A DNA stretch of 64,000 bases from an uncultured Planctomycetia bacterium (GTDB lineage Bacteria; Omnitrophota; Gorgyraeia; 2-02-FULL-51-18): the NCBI GenBank assembly GCA_964642015.1, contig CAZXLF010000005.1, positions 75,847-139,846 on the forward strand. Direction: 5' to 3'. The notes below the pieces were generated by a model. It was not told the DNA's origin, made no database searches, and saw only the letters and a program-made list of their open reading frames with translations. Both the position numbers and the translations under genes were made by a program. Positions 25,087 through 36,738 of the stretch are shown piece after piece (position 1 is the stretch's first letter; each line of letters starts with the position of its first letter).

Positions 25087-26285
25087 AAAACCGCTTTCCT
25101 ATATTTTAAACCATAAAGTGTAAACACCATGATCACCGCTCCAATCGTCACGAGCGAGAACACTTCGAATTTATATTGCAAATTCCTGCCGACAACCGAT
25201 TGACTTCCAATGCTCGTCAGTATAAACACGCATGCGGTTAAAAAAAGCGCCCGGTAATCAAGCTTATTCTTCAAAAAGTAATAAACGACCACCATGTAAG
25301 CCACAACGATCAACGCGTAATTGAACGCCCAAGCGTTCGGGTTAAAAAGCGCCATGCCTACAAAAAGCATAGCGTATTCGATAATATCGAGACGCGATGA
25401 TGGCTCCGGTCTTGGAAAGATCATCGCCACATAAATCAATACCCCTAATACTATACTAACTATTAACGTATTATGAAATGACCAAAAAGATAAACTATGC
25501 ATGACCGGATCGTAAGGAGAATCTTTCATGAAAGTGCGTAAAATGAACGAATATAATGATTGGTTCTTATAGTCCGTCCACGATCCTTTATCCAGCGAAG
25601 TCGAGCTTATCGACGGAAGCCACTGAGTCAAGTAGCCTACCTCTTTATTGAGACCGACATAAAGCGAAGGAAGCAAACAATAAAACGCGGCGAATATCAG
25701 CGTATACGACACGATCTTAAATCGACGTTTGATCAAAAAATAAGGGATAAAAATAAAAGACATATATTTAAACATCATCGATAAGGCAAGAAGCGCCGCT
25801 CCAAAAAGATCATTGCCTTTTTCAAAACTATAGATCGCCGATACCACCAAAGCTGTCATCAAAAAACTAACCTGTCCCGAATCGAAAACGCCTAATATAA
25901 AGCGAAAACTCAAAAGCACCGGCACAACATAAAGCCATGTATTTTGACTGAAGTTCGATTCTTCCTTCACAAGCAATTTCTTAAAAAAAATGAGTACGAT
26001 CACGAATGAAATAAAACTCATCGTAAAAAAGATCGCATCCGCGCGCTTTAAAGAAAATAAAGAAAGAGGGCTGATCAAAAATGCGAACATCGGCGAATAT
26101 TTAAAAGGCGTGATCGTTTCATCAGGTCGACCGTAGATATCGCCTTTTTCGGCGAAACGCTGTGCTGTCGTGTAGTAAACCTGAAAATCAGTGCCTCGGT
26201 GAGAAGTTCGGTCAATATGCCGAAGAAGGAATACGGTGAAGCCGATCCCTATCAGAAACCAAATGATATGTTTTCTTTTGATCAA
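25083..26285 (-). CDS. GT87/DUF2029 family (GT-C fold) membrane glycosyltransferase
   Basis: [19 protein letters not shown]-motif and NQSL; multiple TM helices. Confidence 0.85.
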   Translation of the reverse strand: MIKRKHIIWFLIGIGFTVFLLRHIDRTSHRGTDFQVYYTTAQRFAEKGDIYGRPDETITPFKYSPMFAFLISPLSLFSLKRADAIFFTMSFISFVIVLIFFKKLLVKEESNFSQNTWLYVVPVLLSFRFILGVFDSGQVSFLMTALVVSAIYSFEKGNDLFGAALLALSMMFKYMSFIFIPYFLIKRRFKIVSYTLIFAAFYCLLPSLYVGLNKEVGYLTQWLPSISSTSLDKGSWTDYKNQSLYSFILRTFMKDSPYDPVMHSLSFWSFHNTLIVSIVLGVLIYVAMIFPRPEPSSRLDIIEYAMLFVGMALFNPNAWAFNYALIVVAYMVVVYYFLKNKLDYRALFLTACVFILTSIGSQSVVGRNLQYKFEVFSLVTIGAVIMVFTLYGLKYRKAVL

Positions 26286-26306
26286 TACAGCTTGCCCTTA
26301 AAAATC

Positions 26307-26394
26307 TGGCGGAGAGGGTAGGATTCGAACCCACGGTACCTTTCGGTACAACGGTTTTCAAGACCGTCGCAATCGACCACTCTGCCACCTCTCC
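26307..26394 (-). tRNA. tRNA-Ser(TGA)
   Basis: Anticodon loop CT-TGA-AA, long variable arm, GGTTCGAATCC, CCA encoded. Confidence 0.97.
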
Positions 26395-26401
26395 ATAAAA
26401 T

Positions 26402-26480
26402 CAGAAGACAGAATACAGTAAACAAAATTCAGGAAAAATAGAAAACTTCAGTCCTCTTCCTGTCTACGGTCTACTGTCTG
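26402..26480. repeat. Degenerate heptamer tandem repeats in inverted arrangement
   Basis: CAGAAGA-CAGAATA-CAGTAAA-CAAAATT-CAGGAAA ... CTGTCTA-CGGTCTA-CTGTCTG. Confidence 0.5.
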
Positions 26481-26484
26481 CTCT

Positions 26485-27759
26485 TTACCTTTTAATAACA
26501 GTTATCCCACCCATATAGGGCCTCAAAACTTCCGGAAGCAAGACCGATCCGTCGGCATTCTGAAAATTTTCTAAGATCGCGATCATCACGCGAGGCAACG
26601 CAAGTCCCGAGCCGTTCAAAGTATGCACAAATTCCGATTTTCCTGTGTCTTTTCTTTTATAGCGGATATTCGCACGTCTCGCCTGGAACGCTTCAAAATT
26701 ACTCACAGAAGAAACCTCAAGCCAGCGGTTAAGGCCCGGCGCCCACGCTTCGATGTCATAGCATTTTGCGGCGGAGAAACCCATGTCGCCGCTGCAAAGC
26801 TGCATCACACGATAAGGAATGTTCAAAAGTTGAAGGATCTTTTCGGCGTCTTTCAATAATTTTTCATGTTCATCGTAAGAAGTCTCGGGTTTACAGAATT
26901 TCACAAGTTCTACTTTGTCGAATTGATGGACACGCACCAATCCTTTGGTATCTTTTCCGTAAGAACCAGCCTCTCGGCGAAAACAAGGCGTATACGCGGT
27001 ATATTTTAATGGTAAATTTTCTTCTTTGATAATTTCGTCTCGGTGAAGATTGGTCACCGGTACTTCCGCTGTAGGGATCAAAAAAAGATCATCATCTTTC
27101 AAGCGGTACATATCCTCTTCGAACTTGGGGAGCTGCCCGGTGCCGGTCATGCTTGCACGGTTAACCAATGCAGGCGGCCATATTTCCACATAACCATGGT
27201 GACCCGTATGATAGTCCAGCATAAAGTTTATCAATGCCCTCTCCAATTTAGCCCCAATACCCTGATACAAGGCAAAACCGCTCCCGCTGATCTTGGAAGC
27301 ACGGGTACCATCGATTATCTCGAGCTCTTGGCCTATTTCGGTATGTTCTTTTGGCTTAAATTCGAACTTTTTCGGCTTTCCCCAGCTTAAAACCTCTGTA
27401 TTTTGGGTATTATCTACCCCACTTTTTACAGAATTATGAGGTATATTTGGGATTATATACAGAATTTCTTTAACTTTTGAGTCTATTTCCTCCATTTTTG
27501 ACTCAAATTCTTTAATATTTTGGGAAATAGACTTCATAGACTCAATTTCAGCCTTTGTATCCTTCTTTTCCTTCAAAAGCGCGGAAATCCGGTCATTTGC
27601 TTGGTTCTTTTGAGCTCTCAGAGCATCCGTTTCCTGTAAAAGTTCGCGCCGCTTGGCATCTAGCTCCAAAAAGCCGTCAAAATCCAGCTTTGGTGCCCGG
27701 ATCTTAAGCGCTTCCCGGACTTTATCTTGATTCTCTCTTATAAATGTCAGCTCTAGCAT
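26485..27759 (-). CDS. serS: Serine--tRNA ligase
   Basis: GTGQLPKF, LIPTAEVP, CFRREAGS, RVHQFDKVE and HTLNGSGLA. Confidence 0.98.
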   Translation of the reverse strand: MLELTFIRENQDKVREALKIRAPKLDFDGFLELDAKRRELLQETDALRAQKNQANDRISALLKEKKDTKAEIESMKSISQNIKEFESKMEEIDSKVKEILYIIPNIPHNSVKSGVDNTQNTEVLSWGKPKKFEFKPKEHTEIGQELEIIDGTRASKISGSGFALYQGIGAKLERALINFMLDYHTGHHGYVEIWPPALVNRASMTGTGQLPKFEEDMYRLKDDDLFLIPTAEVPVTNLHRDEIIKEENLPLKYTAYTPCFRREAGSYGKDTKGLVRVHQFDKVELVKFCKPETSYDEHEKLLKDAEKILQLLNIPYRVMQLCSGDMGFSAAKCYDIEAWAPGLNRWLEVSSVSNFEAFQARRANIRYKRKDTGKSEFVHTLNGSGLALPRVMIAILENFQNADGSVLLPEVLRPYMGGITVIKR

Positions 27760-27900
27760 AGTGTCTTAAGATATTTGGTTATAATGAATTGGGTGTGATT
27801 ATAGCGTAAAGTCATGCTCTAGTAAAGAAAGTGGAATCGCTAAGGATCAAAGGTCATCCAATGGTCAGTGGGACGCTTTCTTCAATTTTTACCAGAACTA

Positions 27901-28025
27901 ATGTTTTTGTCAAAGGAGGTCAGATGCTAGACGCAAGCAAGCGACCGAAGAAGGCGTAGTAGAACTACATCGACTGAGGGAGCGTCGCTTGCAACAACGC
28001 AGATGGCCTCCTTTCACAAAAACAT
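27901..28025. repeat. ~125-nt long-hairpin element abutting the tRNA-Lys 3' end
   Basis: 22-nt imperfect terminal inverted repeat (ATGTTTTTGTCAAAGGAGGTCA / TGGCCTCCTTTCACAAAAACAT); inner GCAAGCGAC/GTCGCTTGC; apical GTAGT/ACTAC. Confidence 0.7.
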
Positions 28026-28097
28026 GAGCCGAGTGGGAATCGAACCCACGACACCTTCCTTAAAAGGGAAGTGCTCTACCGACTGAGCTATCGGCTC
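28025..28097 (-). tRNA. tRNA-Lys(TTT)
   Basis: GAGCCGA acceptor stem, anticodon loop CT-TTT-AA, GGTTCGATTCC; 73 nt, CCA not encoded. Confidence 0.96.
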
Positions 28098-28104
28098 TGA
28101 AATT

Positions 28105-28668
28105 TTAAAACTGGGAAAGTTCTTTCTCTTTCTGGGACTGCGCCTGATCGATAGATTGAATGTACTTATCGGTAAGCTTCTGGATATCCGCTTGGGATTT
28201 AAAACTTTCATCCTCAGTGATCTTTTTTTCTTTTTCGATCTTCTTGATATGTTCATTCGCTTCCCGGCGGATCGAACGAAGTGCTACGCGTCCGTCTTCA
28301 GCGGCTTTATGAACGATCTTGATCAGTTCTTCCCTGCGCTCGCGAGTCAACGTAGGCACGACTAAACGGATTGCTTTACCGTCGATCACCGGCGTGATCC
28401 CGATCTCCGACTCGAGGATCGCTTTCTCAATAGATTTAAGCACAGAGATATCCCAAGGATTGATAAGCAGCATTTTCGGTTCGGGAACAGCGATATTCGC
28501 AAGCTGTTTCAAAGGTGTCGGGGTACCATAATAGTCGACGCGGATATTCTCAACGATTCCGGGATTCGCACGGCCTGAACGTATGCCGGCAAAATTGTGA
28601 CTCACCACATCCACTGACTTTTTCATTTTATCTTCTGAATCTGTTAAGATCGCCTTGGAAGTATCCAT
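28105..28668 (-). CDS. frr: Ribosome recycling factor
   Basis: IRSGRANP, VDYYG and IRREAN; follows pyrH. Confidence 0.97.
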   Translation of the reverse strand: MDTSKAILTDSEDKMKKSVDVVSHNFAGIRSGRANPGIVENIRVDYYGTPTPLKQLANIAVPEPKMLLINPWDISVLKSIEKAILESEIGITPVIDGKAIRLVVPTLTRERREELIKIVHKAAEDGRVALRSIRREANEHIKKIEKEKKITEDESFKSQADIQKLTDKYIQSIDQAQSQKEKELSQF

Positions 28669-28671
28669 AGA

Positions 28672-30230
<1,559 letters not shown>

Positions 30231-30239
30231 TTGACGGTC

Positions 30240-31016
30240 CTACTCTTTATTATTTTCTGGCGTTTCGGATAATACAACTTGCGACTCATCATCCAATGGA
30301 TCTTCGTCTTTGGTAACAACCATATCACGCTTCACTTTTTGAAGCCCTTCAACGATGCTATCAGTGATAATGCCTGTGAGTAATTTAATAGAACGGATCG
30401 CGTCATCATTACCAGGTATGGGGTACTGGATATTGTCCGGGTCAGAATCCGTGTCGACGACCGCCACGACAGGAATGCCCAGACGATTGGCTTCCTGAAC
30501 AGCGATATCTTCCTTTTTGGCATCGATGACAAACATTGCTCCCGGAAGCCGGCTCATTTCGGCGACGCCTCCGAGATTTTTCTCAAGCTTTGCGATTTCC
30601 TTCTCAAGTTCAGCGACTTCTTTTTTCGTGATCGCATCGAAAGTGCCGTCTTCTCTCATCAGAAGCAGACTGCGGTACCGGCGCACACTATTCCGAATCG
30701 TCTGATAATTGGTCAACATGCCGCCGAGCCATCTGTGATTGACAAAATACATTCCGCAGCGTTTGGCTTCCTGTTCAATAATTTCCTGAGCTTGCGGCTT
30801 AGTACCTACAAATAGGATGGGAACTCCCTGGGCGGCGATGTCTTTCATGAAATTGCAGGCACGTGTCAGATGTGACACGGTCTTTTCAAGATCAATGATG
30901 TAAATGCCGCTCTTTTCCCCAAAAATATACGTCTTCATTTTTGGGTTCCATTTCTTGGTCTGATGACCAAAATGGACTCCCGCTTCAAGCAAACTTTGCA
31001 CTAATTCTTTAGACAA
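30240..31016 (-). CDS. rpsB: 30S ribosomal protein S2
   Basis: [21 protein letters not shown] and PGNDDAIRS; TTG start with AAGGAG RBS. Confidence 0.98.
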   Translation of the reverse strand: MSKELVQSLLEAGVHFGHQTKKWNPKMKTYIFGEKSGIYIIDLEKTVSHLTRACNFMKDIAAQGVPILFVGTKPQAQEIIEQEAKRCGMYFVNHRWLGGMLTNYQTIRNSVRRYRSLLLMREDGTFDAITKKEVAELEKEIAKLEKNLGGVAEMSRLPGAMFVIDAKKEDIAVQEANRLGIPVVAVVDTDSDPDNIQYPIPGNDDAIRSIKLLTGIITDSIVEGLQKVKRDMVVTKDEDPLDDESQVVLSETPENNKE

Positions 31017-31208
31017 TTTTAATCTCCTTATTCATTTATAAGGGAACGCATAAGTCATTAAAATCAATAAACTTATGTACGGAAACTACCGTTCTCCCCG
31101 CTCCGTGCAAGACGGAACCACTCCGTTCAACAAAATCTTAGCCCCCGATGGGCTAAAATTCTTCAATTGATAAACGCTTAATTATACCAAAGATTTATAG
31201 GCAGGCAA
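31017..31208 (-). promoter_or_regulatory. rpsB promoter and structured 5' leader
   Basis: TTGCCT, 16 nt, TATAAT near 31181-31208; hairpins TTAGCCC/GGGCTAA and CATAAGT-N15-ACTTATG. Confidence 0.55.
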
Positions 31209-31216
31209 GGATTTGT

Positions 31217-33031
31217 TTAGACGCGAAATTGCAGTTCATAGAGCCGTTTATAGGTGCCATTATGGCGTATGAGTTCCTCATGAGTGCCCTGTTCCACGAT
31301 ACGGCCTTCGTTGATCACAATGATCCGATGGGCATCCTTGATCGTTGACAGCCGGTGAGCGATCACAAGAACCGTTCTTCCCTGCATCAAATTATGGATC
31401 GCTTCCTGGACAAGGATTTCAGATTCAGAATCCAGCGCCGATGTCGCTTCATCCAGAATCAAGATAGGCGGATTTTTTAAAACAGCCCGAGCGATAGAAA
31501 TCCTTTGTCTTTCTCCGCCTGAAAGCCGTGTACCGCGATCGCCGACGACAGTCTGATATTTCATCGGTAATTTTGAAACAAAATTATGCGCGTTGGCGAT
31601 CCGTGCGGCTTTTTCAATGTCGGCTTGAGGAGTTTTAGACCGGCCGTATGCGATATTCGCGGTCACCGTATCATTGAAAAGTATCGTTTCTTGAGTAACA
31701 ATACCGATCTGCTCACGTAAAGACTTGAGCGTTGCATCTCTTAAATCGACCCCATCGATCAATATTCGCCCTTCCATGACATCATAGAATCTCGGCAGAA
31801 GATTCATCAGGCTTGTCTTCCCTGCGCCGCTCGGACCTACGATAGCGATGATCTCGCCTGTTTTCACAGTAAGGTCAATACCTACAAGTACTTTGTGGGA
31901 AGTGTATCCAAATGAGACTTTTTCGAATCGAATTTCTTTTTTAAGCGGCGCCAATACTTTTGCCGATTTCTTCTCAATAATTTCGTTCGGCGTATCGAGG
32001 ATCTCAAATATACGTTCCGCTGCAGCCAAGGCGTGTTGGTAAATGCTGTGGACACGGCTGAGACGCTTGAACGGTCTCTGCAGTGAAAAAAGTGCCGCCA
32101 AAAACGCGATGAATGCACCGGGAGACATATGATTGCCGATAACCCCGCGGCCGCCGATCCATAATACCACTCCGAAACAGATGAAACCGATGAACTCGGT
32201 GATCGGACTTACAATGATCATTCGGCTGATCGAAAGCATCATCGTTTTATAGAGGGACTGGTTCTGTCTGTCAAAACGGTCCGTTTCATATTTTTCCATT
32301 CCAAATCCCTGAACGATCCGGATACCCGAAATGGATTCAAATAATGTCGAATTAATATCCGCAACCTGTTCCTGGGCCGAGCGACTGATCTTTTTAAGAC
32401 GTCGGCCAACTTTCATAACCGGATAAATCACAAGCGGCATTAGAATAAATATCACTCCGACCAGTATCCATGGGATCCCAAAAATAAACTTTACGGACAG
32501 CAGCACGAAAAAATTGATCAGGATCTGCACGGGTTGAAATAAAAGGTCTGTCAAACCTTCCGAAATCGCATCGCGGATCACGACGGTATCATAAGTAATA
32601 CGCGATACCAACGCGCCGGCCTGGGATTTTCCGAAAAAGCTGAGTGGTAAATGTACGATCTTTTGATAGACATGATTTCTCAGATCCTTGATGACCAGTT
32701 GGCTGGCGTCATTCATGAAGTAAGATTGCAAAAATTCGAAGACCAGTCTGAAAAAAGCGATCGAGAGCGTCCATATGATCAATAAATCCAGCAATCTCGC
32801 TTTAGGGAGTGCGTTAATCTGAGAGATGAAGCCGAGAACAAATTGCGGAAGTCTCTCAGCATGAGGGACAACGATCGGCTTGCCGGCAAGGATCGTATCG
32901 ACAAATGGGATGATGAGTCCGATGATCGGCAGACCGCTCAAAAGCGAATTCATGATCATCGCAGCGATGGCAAGTAAAAGTATGCCTAAATGAGGCTTGA
33001 TCCAGAGAAGAAGACGATTGATATTTTTCAT
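31217..33031 (-). CDS. msbA: Lipid A flippase-type ABC transporter (MsbA family)
   Basis: TM domain + NBD (GPSGAGKT, LSGGERQR, ILDEATSALD); probable start ATG 33031; near lpxB. Confidence 0.85.
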   Translation of the reverse strand: MKNINRLLLWIKPHLGILLLAIAAMIMNSLLSGLPIIGLIIPFVDTILAGKPIVVPHAERLPQFVLGFISQINALPKARLLDLLIIWTLSIAFFRLVFEFLQSYFMNDASQLVIKDLRNHVYQKIVHLPLSFFGKSQAGALVSRITYDTVVIRDAISEGLTDLLFQPVQILINFFVLLSVKFIFGIPWILVGVIFILMPLVIYPVMKVGRRLKKISRSAQEQVADINSTLFESISGIRIVQGFGMEKYETDRFDRQNQSLYKTMMLSISRMIIVSPITEFIGFICFGVVLWIGGRGVIGNHMSPGAFIAFLAALFSLQRPFKRLSRVHSIYQHALAAAERIFEILDTPNEIIEKKSAKVLAPLKKEIRFEKVSFGYTSHKVLVGIDLTVKTGEIIAIVGPSGAGKTSLMNLLPRFYDVMEGRILIDGVDLRDATLKSLREQIGIVTQETILFNDTVTANIAYGRSKTPQADIEKAARIANAHNFVSKLPMKYQTVVGDRGTRLSGGERQRISIARAVLKNPPILILDEATSALDSESEILVQEAIHNLMQGRTVLVIAHRLSTIKDAHRIIVINEGRIVEQGTHEELIRHNGTYKRLYELQFRV

Positions 33032-33156
33032 GATTAATTGGGCATCATAGCACACGATTAAGGTTATTGTCGACTCACTTCAAGGCTCATACGGCCTCCA
33101 GAAGCGAAACTGCAAGGTATTTGTCAAGGACCCGCTTCATGATACAATGTTCCGTT

Positions 33157-34089
33157 ATGCAAAAGCCATTAAGGGTCGCTGTTATTGGGACCGGAAAATT
33201 AGGTTCTCGCCATGCAGAGGTGTATTCTAAACTGCCTGGCATCGAGCTCGTAGGAGTATGCGACATCATTGAGCACCGCGCCAAAGAATCAGCGCATCAT
33301 TGCAAGACGAAAGCTTATAAAGATCATCGTGAACTTTTGAAGCTCGTCGATGCGGCAAGTATCGTTGTGCCTTCCCATGCTCACCATAAAATCTCCAAAG
33401 ACTTCCTTGAACACCGGGTCCATGTGTTGATCGAAAAACCCATTACGACTTCCTTGGCCGAAGCGGATGATCTCCTTTTTATAGCCGAAGAAAAGAATGT
33501 CATCATTCAAGTAGGCCATATTGAAAGGTACAATTCGGCGATAAGAGCCATCAAAAATATAATCAAAACTCCCCGATTCATTGAATGCCACAGACTCGGG
33601 CCTTATGACCCGCGTATCATTGACGTAGGCGTCACACTGGATCTGATGATTCATGATATTGACATCGTGATGGACCTTGTGAGATCTCCCATTAAACTGG
33701 TAGATTCTGCAGGCGCATATATTCTGTCAAAAACTGAGGATATCGCGAACGCAAGGATACGATTTGAAAATAATTCCGTTTGTGATCTCACCGCGAGCCG
33801 TGTCACCAAAGACGTCATGAGAAAGATACGGATCTTCCAAGATGATGCCTATATTTCCATGGACTACGTCAAACAGGAAGCCGCTATTTATACCAGAGAA
33901 AACGGACATATTCATCACCGCATCATCGACATCAAAAAAAGTGATTCGCTGAAAGAGGAGCTCTTGGATTTCGTGGACTGCGTCCGGCACAATCGGCAGC
34001 CGCTCGTCTCAGGCAAAGAGGGGCGCGCCGCATTGGCGTTGGCGCTTCAGATACAGCAGCAAATCCAAGAACAAAACGCCAAAAATTGA
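33157..34089 (+). CDS. Gfo/Idh/MocA oxidoreductase (GnnA-like, lipid A locus)
   Basis: GTGKLG, EKPI, GHIERYN and DLMIHDID; probable start ATG 33157; coupled to lpxB. Confidence 0.9.
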   Translation: MQKPLRVAVIGTGKLGSRHAEVYSKLPGIELVGVCDIIEHRAKESAHHCKTKAYKDHRELLKLVDAASIVVPSHAHHKISKDFLEHRVHVLIEKPITTSLAEADDLLFIAEEKNVIIQVGHIERYNSAIRAIKNIIKTPRFIECHRLGPYDPRIIDVGVTLDLMIHDIDIVMDLVRSPIKLVDSAGAYILSKTEDIANARIRFENNSVCDLTASRVTKDVMRKIRIFQDDAYISMDYVKQEAAIYTRENGHIHHRIIDIKKSDSLKEELLDFVDCVRHNRQPLVSGKEGRAALALALQIQQQIQEQNAKN

Positions 34090-35207
34090 AGATCTATGTC
34101 ATCGCAGGTGAAGCCTCCGGAGACCTGCACGGCGCGCACCTAATCCACAGTTTGAAAAATATCTCCAAAGAACCGATCGAGATCTACGGGATTGGTGGAG
34201 ATAAAATCCGAGACACTGGCGCAAAAGAATTTTTCGATCTGGCCCATTTTCATGTCACCGGCATCAGCGACGCCATAAAGAAAATCCCTCAATATAAAAA
34301 AGCATCCGAAACGATTCTTTCCAAAATAAGTAAAGTTTCACCGGATCTTATCGTATTGATCGACAATCCCGGCTTCAACCTGCATCTAGCCCAAAAGATC
34401 CATGCGATGAAAATTCCGATCGTTTATTACATCGCTCCTCAAATTTGGGCCTGGGCCCCCAAACGTATTTTAAAAATAAAAAAATATATCCAAAAAGTGC
34501 TGGTCGTGTTCGAATTCGAAAAAAAGATCTACGAGGATGCTCACATCCCTGTCGCCTGGGTCGGTCATCCTTTAAAAGACCTCGTAAAAATAAAAGACCA
34601 CAAAAAAACGCATGAGAAAACCGGACATTTTATTACGGTGTTACCGGGTTCGCGGCAAGGCGAGCTTAAAATGCTGCTGCCTATTTTTCTGAAAGCTACT
34701 AAGATTATTTCCAAAGAAGTGCCGGATGTTTCGTTCGCAGTACTTAAATCGTCGGCGGTGCCAAAAGAGGTCTATGAAAAGATATTCAAGGCAAATGGCA
34801 TAACGCTGCCGTTGATCGAGCGAAATCATTACGAACTGATCCATCAAAGCGATCTTGCTCTAGCCTGTTCGGGCACCGTAACTTTGGAATGTGCGCTTCT
34901 GGGTACACCGATGATCATCTCTTATAAAGGAAGTTTTTTGACTTATGTGGCGGCGAAAAGTCTGGTCAAAGTCCGATATCTTGGGTTGCCGAATCTTGTA
35001 CTCGGAGAGCAGAAGTTCCCTGAAATGCTCCAATACAACGCTACTCCAAAAAAAATAGCGGCAGAAGCCCTCAAGATCTTGAGGAATCAGAAATTAAACC
35101 ACTCCATGAAACACGCTCTTGAAAAAGTGTCCGAAAAACTGGGAGAACCGGGCGCCAGCGAAAGAGCAGCGAAAGAAATTCTGAAATTATTGCCGTATAG
35201 AAGTTGA
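34086..35207 (+). CDS. lpxB: Lipid-A-disaccharide synthase
   Basis: AGEASGDLHG, IDNPGFN, PQIWAW, LPGSR and SGTVTLE. Confidence 0.97.
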   Translation: MKIYVIAGEASGDLHGAHLIHSLKNISKEPIEIYGIGGDKIRDTGAKEFFDLAHFHVTGISDAIKKIPQYKKASETILSKISKVSPDLIVLIDNPGFNLHLAQKIHAMKIPIVYYIAPQIWAWAPKRILKIKKYIQKVLVVFEFEKKIYEDAHIPVAWVGHPLKDLVKIKDHKKTHEKTGHFITVLPGSRQGELKMLLPIFLKATKIISKEVPDVSFAVLKSSAVPKEVYEKIFKANGITLPLIERNHYELIHQSDLALACSGTVTLECALLGTPMIISYKGSFLTYVAAKSLVKVRYLGLPNLVLGEQKFPEMLQYNATPKKIAAEALKILRNQKLNHSMKHALEKVSEKLGEPGASERAAKEILKLLPYRS

Positions 35208-36581
35208 TTACAAAATCGGAAGGTATTTGGTCAGTTCGTAATTAGTGATCTCGGCGCAGTACTTGCTCCATTCGATCTTTTTATTCTCGATCAAAGAATG
35301 AAAAATATGCTCGCCAAGGGTGTCTTTCAAGAATCTGCTTCCTTCGGCGATCGCGACCGCTTCTCCGAGACTTTGGGGTAATATTTCAATGCCGCGTTTT
35401 TTCTTTTCCGAATCCGACATCCCAAGCATGCTTTGTTCCATCGCATCCGGCAACTCATACTGATTGCGAATACCTTCTAGACCGGCCGCTAAGAGCACCG
35501 AAAACACAAGATAAGGATTGCAAGCTGCATCCGGTGAGCGAAGCTCAACACGCATGGAATTCTCATGTCCCTGCTTGTACATTGGGAGACGGACAAGCGC
35601 GGACGGATTGCGTTTGGCCCAATAAACATCTACCGGCGCTTCAAAACCCGGTGTGAGACGTTTGTAAGAATTGACCCATTGGTTGGTCAAAATGCAGATC
35701 TCGCGGGAATGTTTGAGAAGACCTGCGATATAATATTTGGCAACTTTTGACAGATGATTGCGGTCACTTTTATCAAAAAATGCGTTCTTGTCGCCTTTGA
35801 ACAAAGACTGATGGATATGCATACCGCTTCCGTTCTCACCTTTCAAAGGTTTCGGCATAAACGTGGCATAAACGCCGTTCTTCAGCGCGATCTCCTTAAC
35901 TACGAGACGGTAAGTGATCGCGTTATCCGCCATCGTCAATGCATCTGTGTAACGGAGATCGATCTCGTGCTGGCTAGGTGCGACTTCGTGATGGCTTGTT
36001 TCAACGCCGATACCCATTTCCTCAAGCGTTAAAACCGTCTCTCGGCGAAGATCTGACGCCGCATCCAAAGAGGTCAGGTCAAAATAACCGCCTTGATCCA
36101 ATGTTTTTGTGGAGTCCGGACTTTGAAAGTAGAAGAATTCGATTTCGGGACCCACATAAAAAGTATAGCCCAGATCCGAAGCTCTTTTTAACGTGCGCTT
36201 CAAACAATATCTCGGGTCTCCGGCAAAAGGAGAACCTTGTACATTTTGAATATCCACAAACATACGGGCAACCGCATTTTCCCTGGGACGCCAAGGAAGA
36301 AGCTCAAATGTCGAAGGATCGGGAAGTGCACGCATATCTGATTCATCGTTCCGTGCAAAACCTTCAATAGCCGAACCATCAAAACCGGCCCCTTCTTCCA
36401 TCACCTCTTCCAGTTCATCGATCGTAATGGCAAAACTTTTTAATTGTCCTAAAATATCGGAGAACCAAAGCCGGACGAAGCGCACATTATGGTCCTGCGC
36501 CTTTTTCAAAACAAATTCTTTACTTTGTTTTACGGGTGAAGTCCGAGAAATCTTGAGTTGTGATTTTTTTGAAGTTTTCAT
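35208..36581 (-). CDS. glnA: Glutamine synthetase type I
   Basis: GFDGSAIEGF, HHEVAPSQHEID, FMPKP...NGSGMHIHQS and ELRSPDAACNPY. Confidence 0.95.
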   Translation of the reverse strand: MKTSKKSQLKISRTSPVKQSKEFVLKKAQDHNVRFVRLWFSDILGQLKSFAITIDELEEVMEEGAGFDGSAIEGFARNDESDMRALPDPSTFELLPWRPRENAVARMFVDIQNVQGSPFAGDPRYCLKRTLKRASDLGYTFYVGPEIEFFYFQSPDSTKTLDQGGYFDLTSLDAASDLRRETVLTLEEMGIGVETSHHEVAPSQHEIDLRYTDALTMADNAITYRLVVKEIALKNGVYATFMPKPLKGENGSGMHIHQSLFKGDKNAFFDKSDRNHLSKVAKYYIAGLLKHSREICILTNQWVNSYKRLTPGFEAPVDVYWAKRNPSALVRLPMYKQGHENSMRVELRSPDAACNPYLVFSVLLAAGLEGIRNQYELPDAMEQSMLGMSDSEKKKRGIEILPQSLGEAVAIAEGSRFLKDTLGEHIFHSLIENKKIEWSKYCAEITNYELTKYLPIL

Positions 36582-36738
36582 TGAATAATAAAATCGGTCC
36601 TTTCTATTCTAAAGAAGGGGTTAACCTTAATCAAGCATTGTTTTATAAACTAAAATTTTAATTTTTGAAGAATTTTTTATTGAAAAAATCGATTAATATT
36701 GATTAAATAAAATATATAAAGATAAATTAAAATAAAAT

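Noticed and set aside
26307-26394. tRNA with TGA anticodon as a selenocysteine or suppressor tRNA
   Set aside because: Anticodon UGA reads the UCA Ser codon; tRNA-Sec has anticodon UCA. The structure is an ordinary tRNA-Ser.
28014-28256. 80-aa minus-strand ORF overlapping frr and tRNA-Lys
   Set aside because: It is an alternative-frame read-through across a tRNA gene and not a plausible protein.
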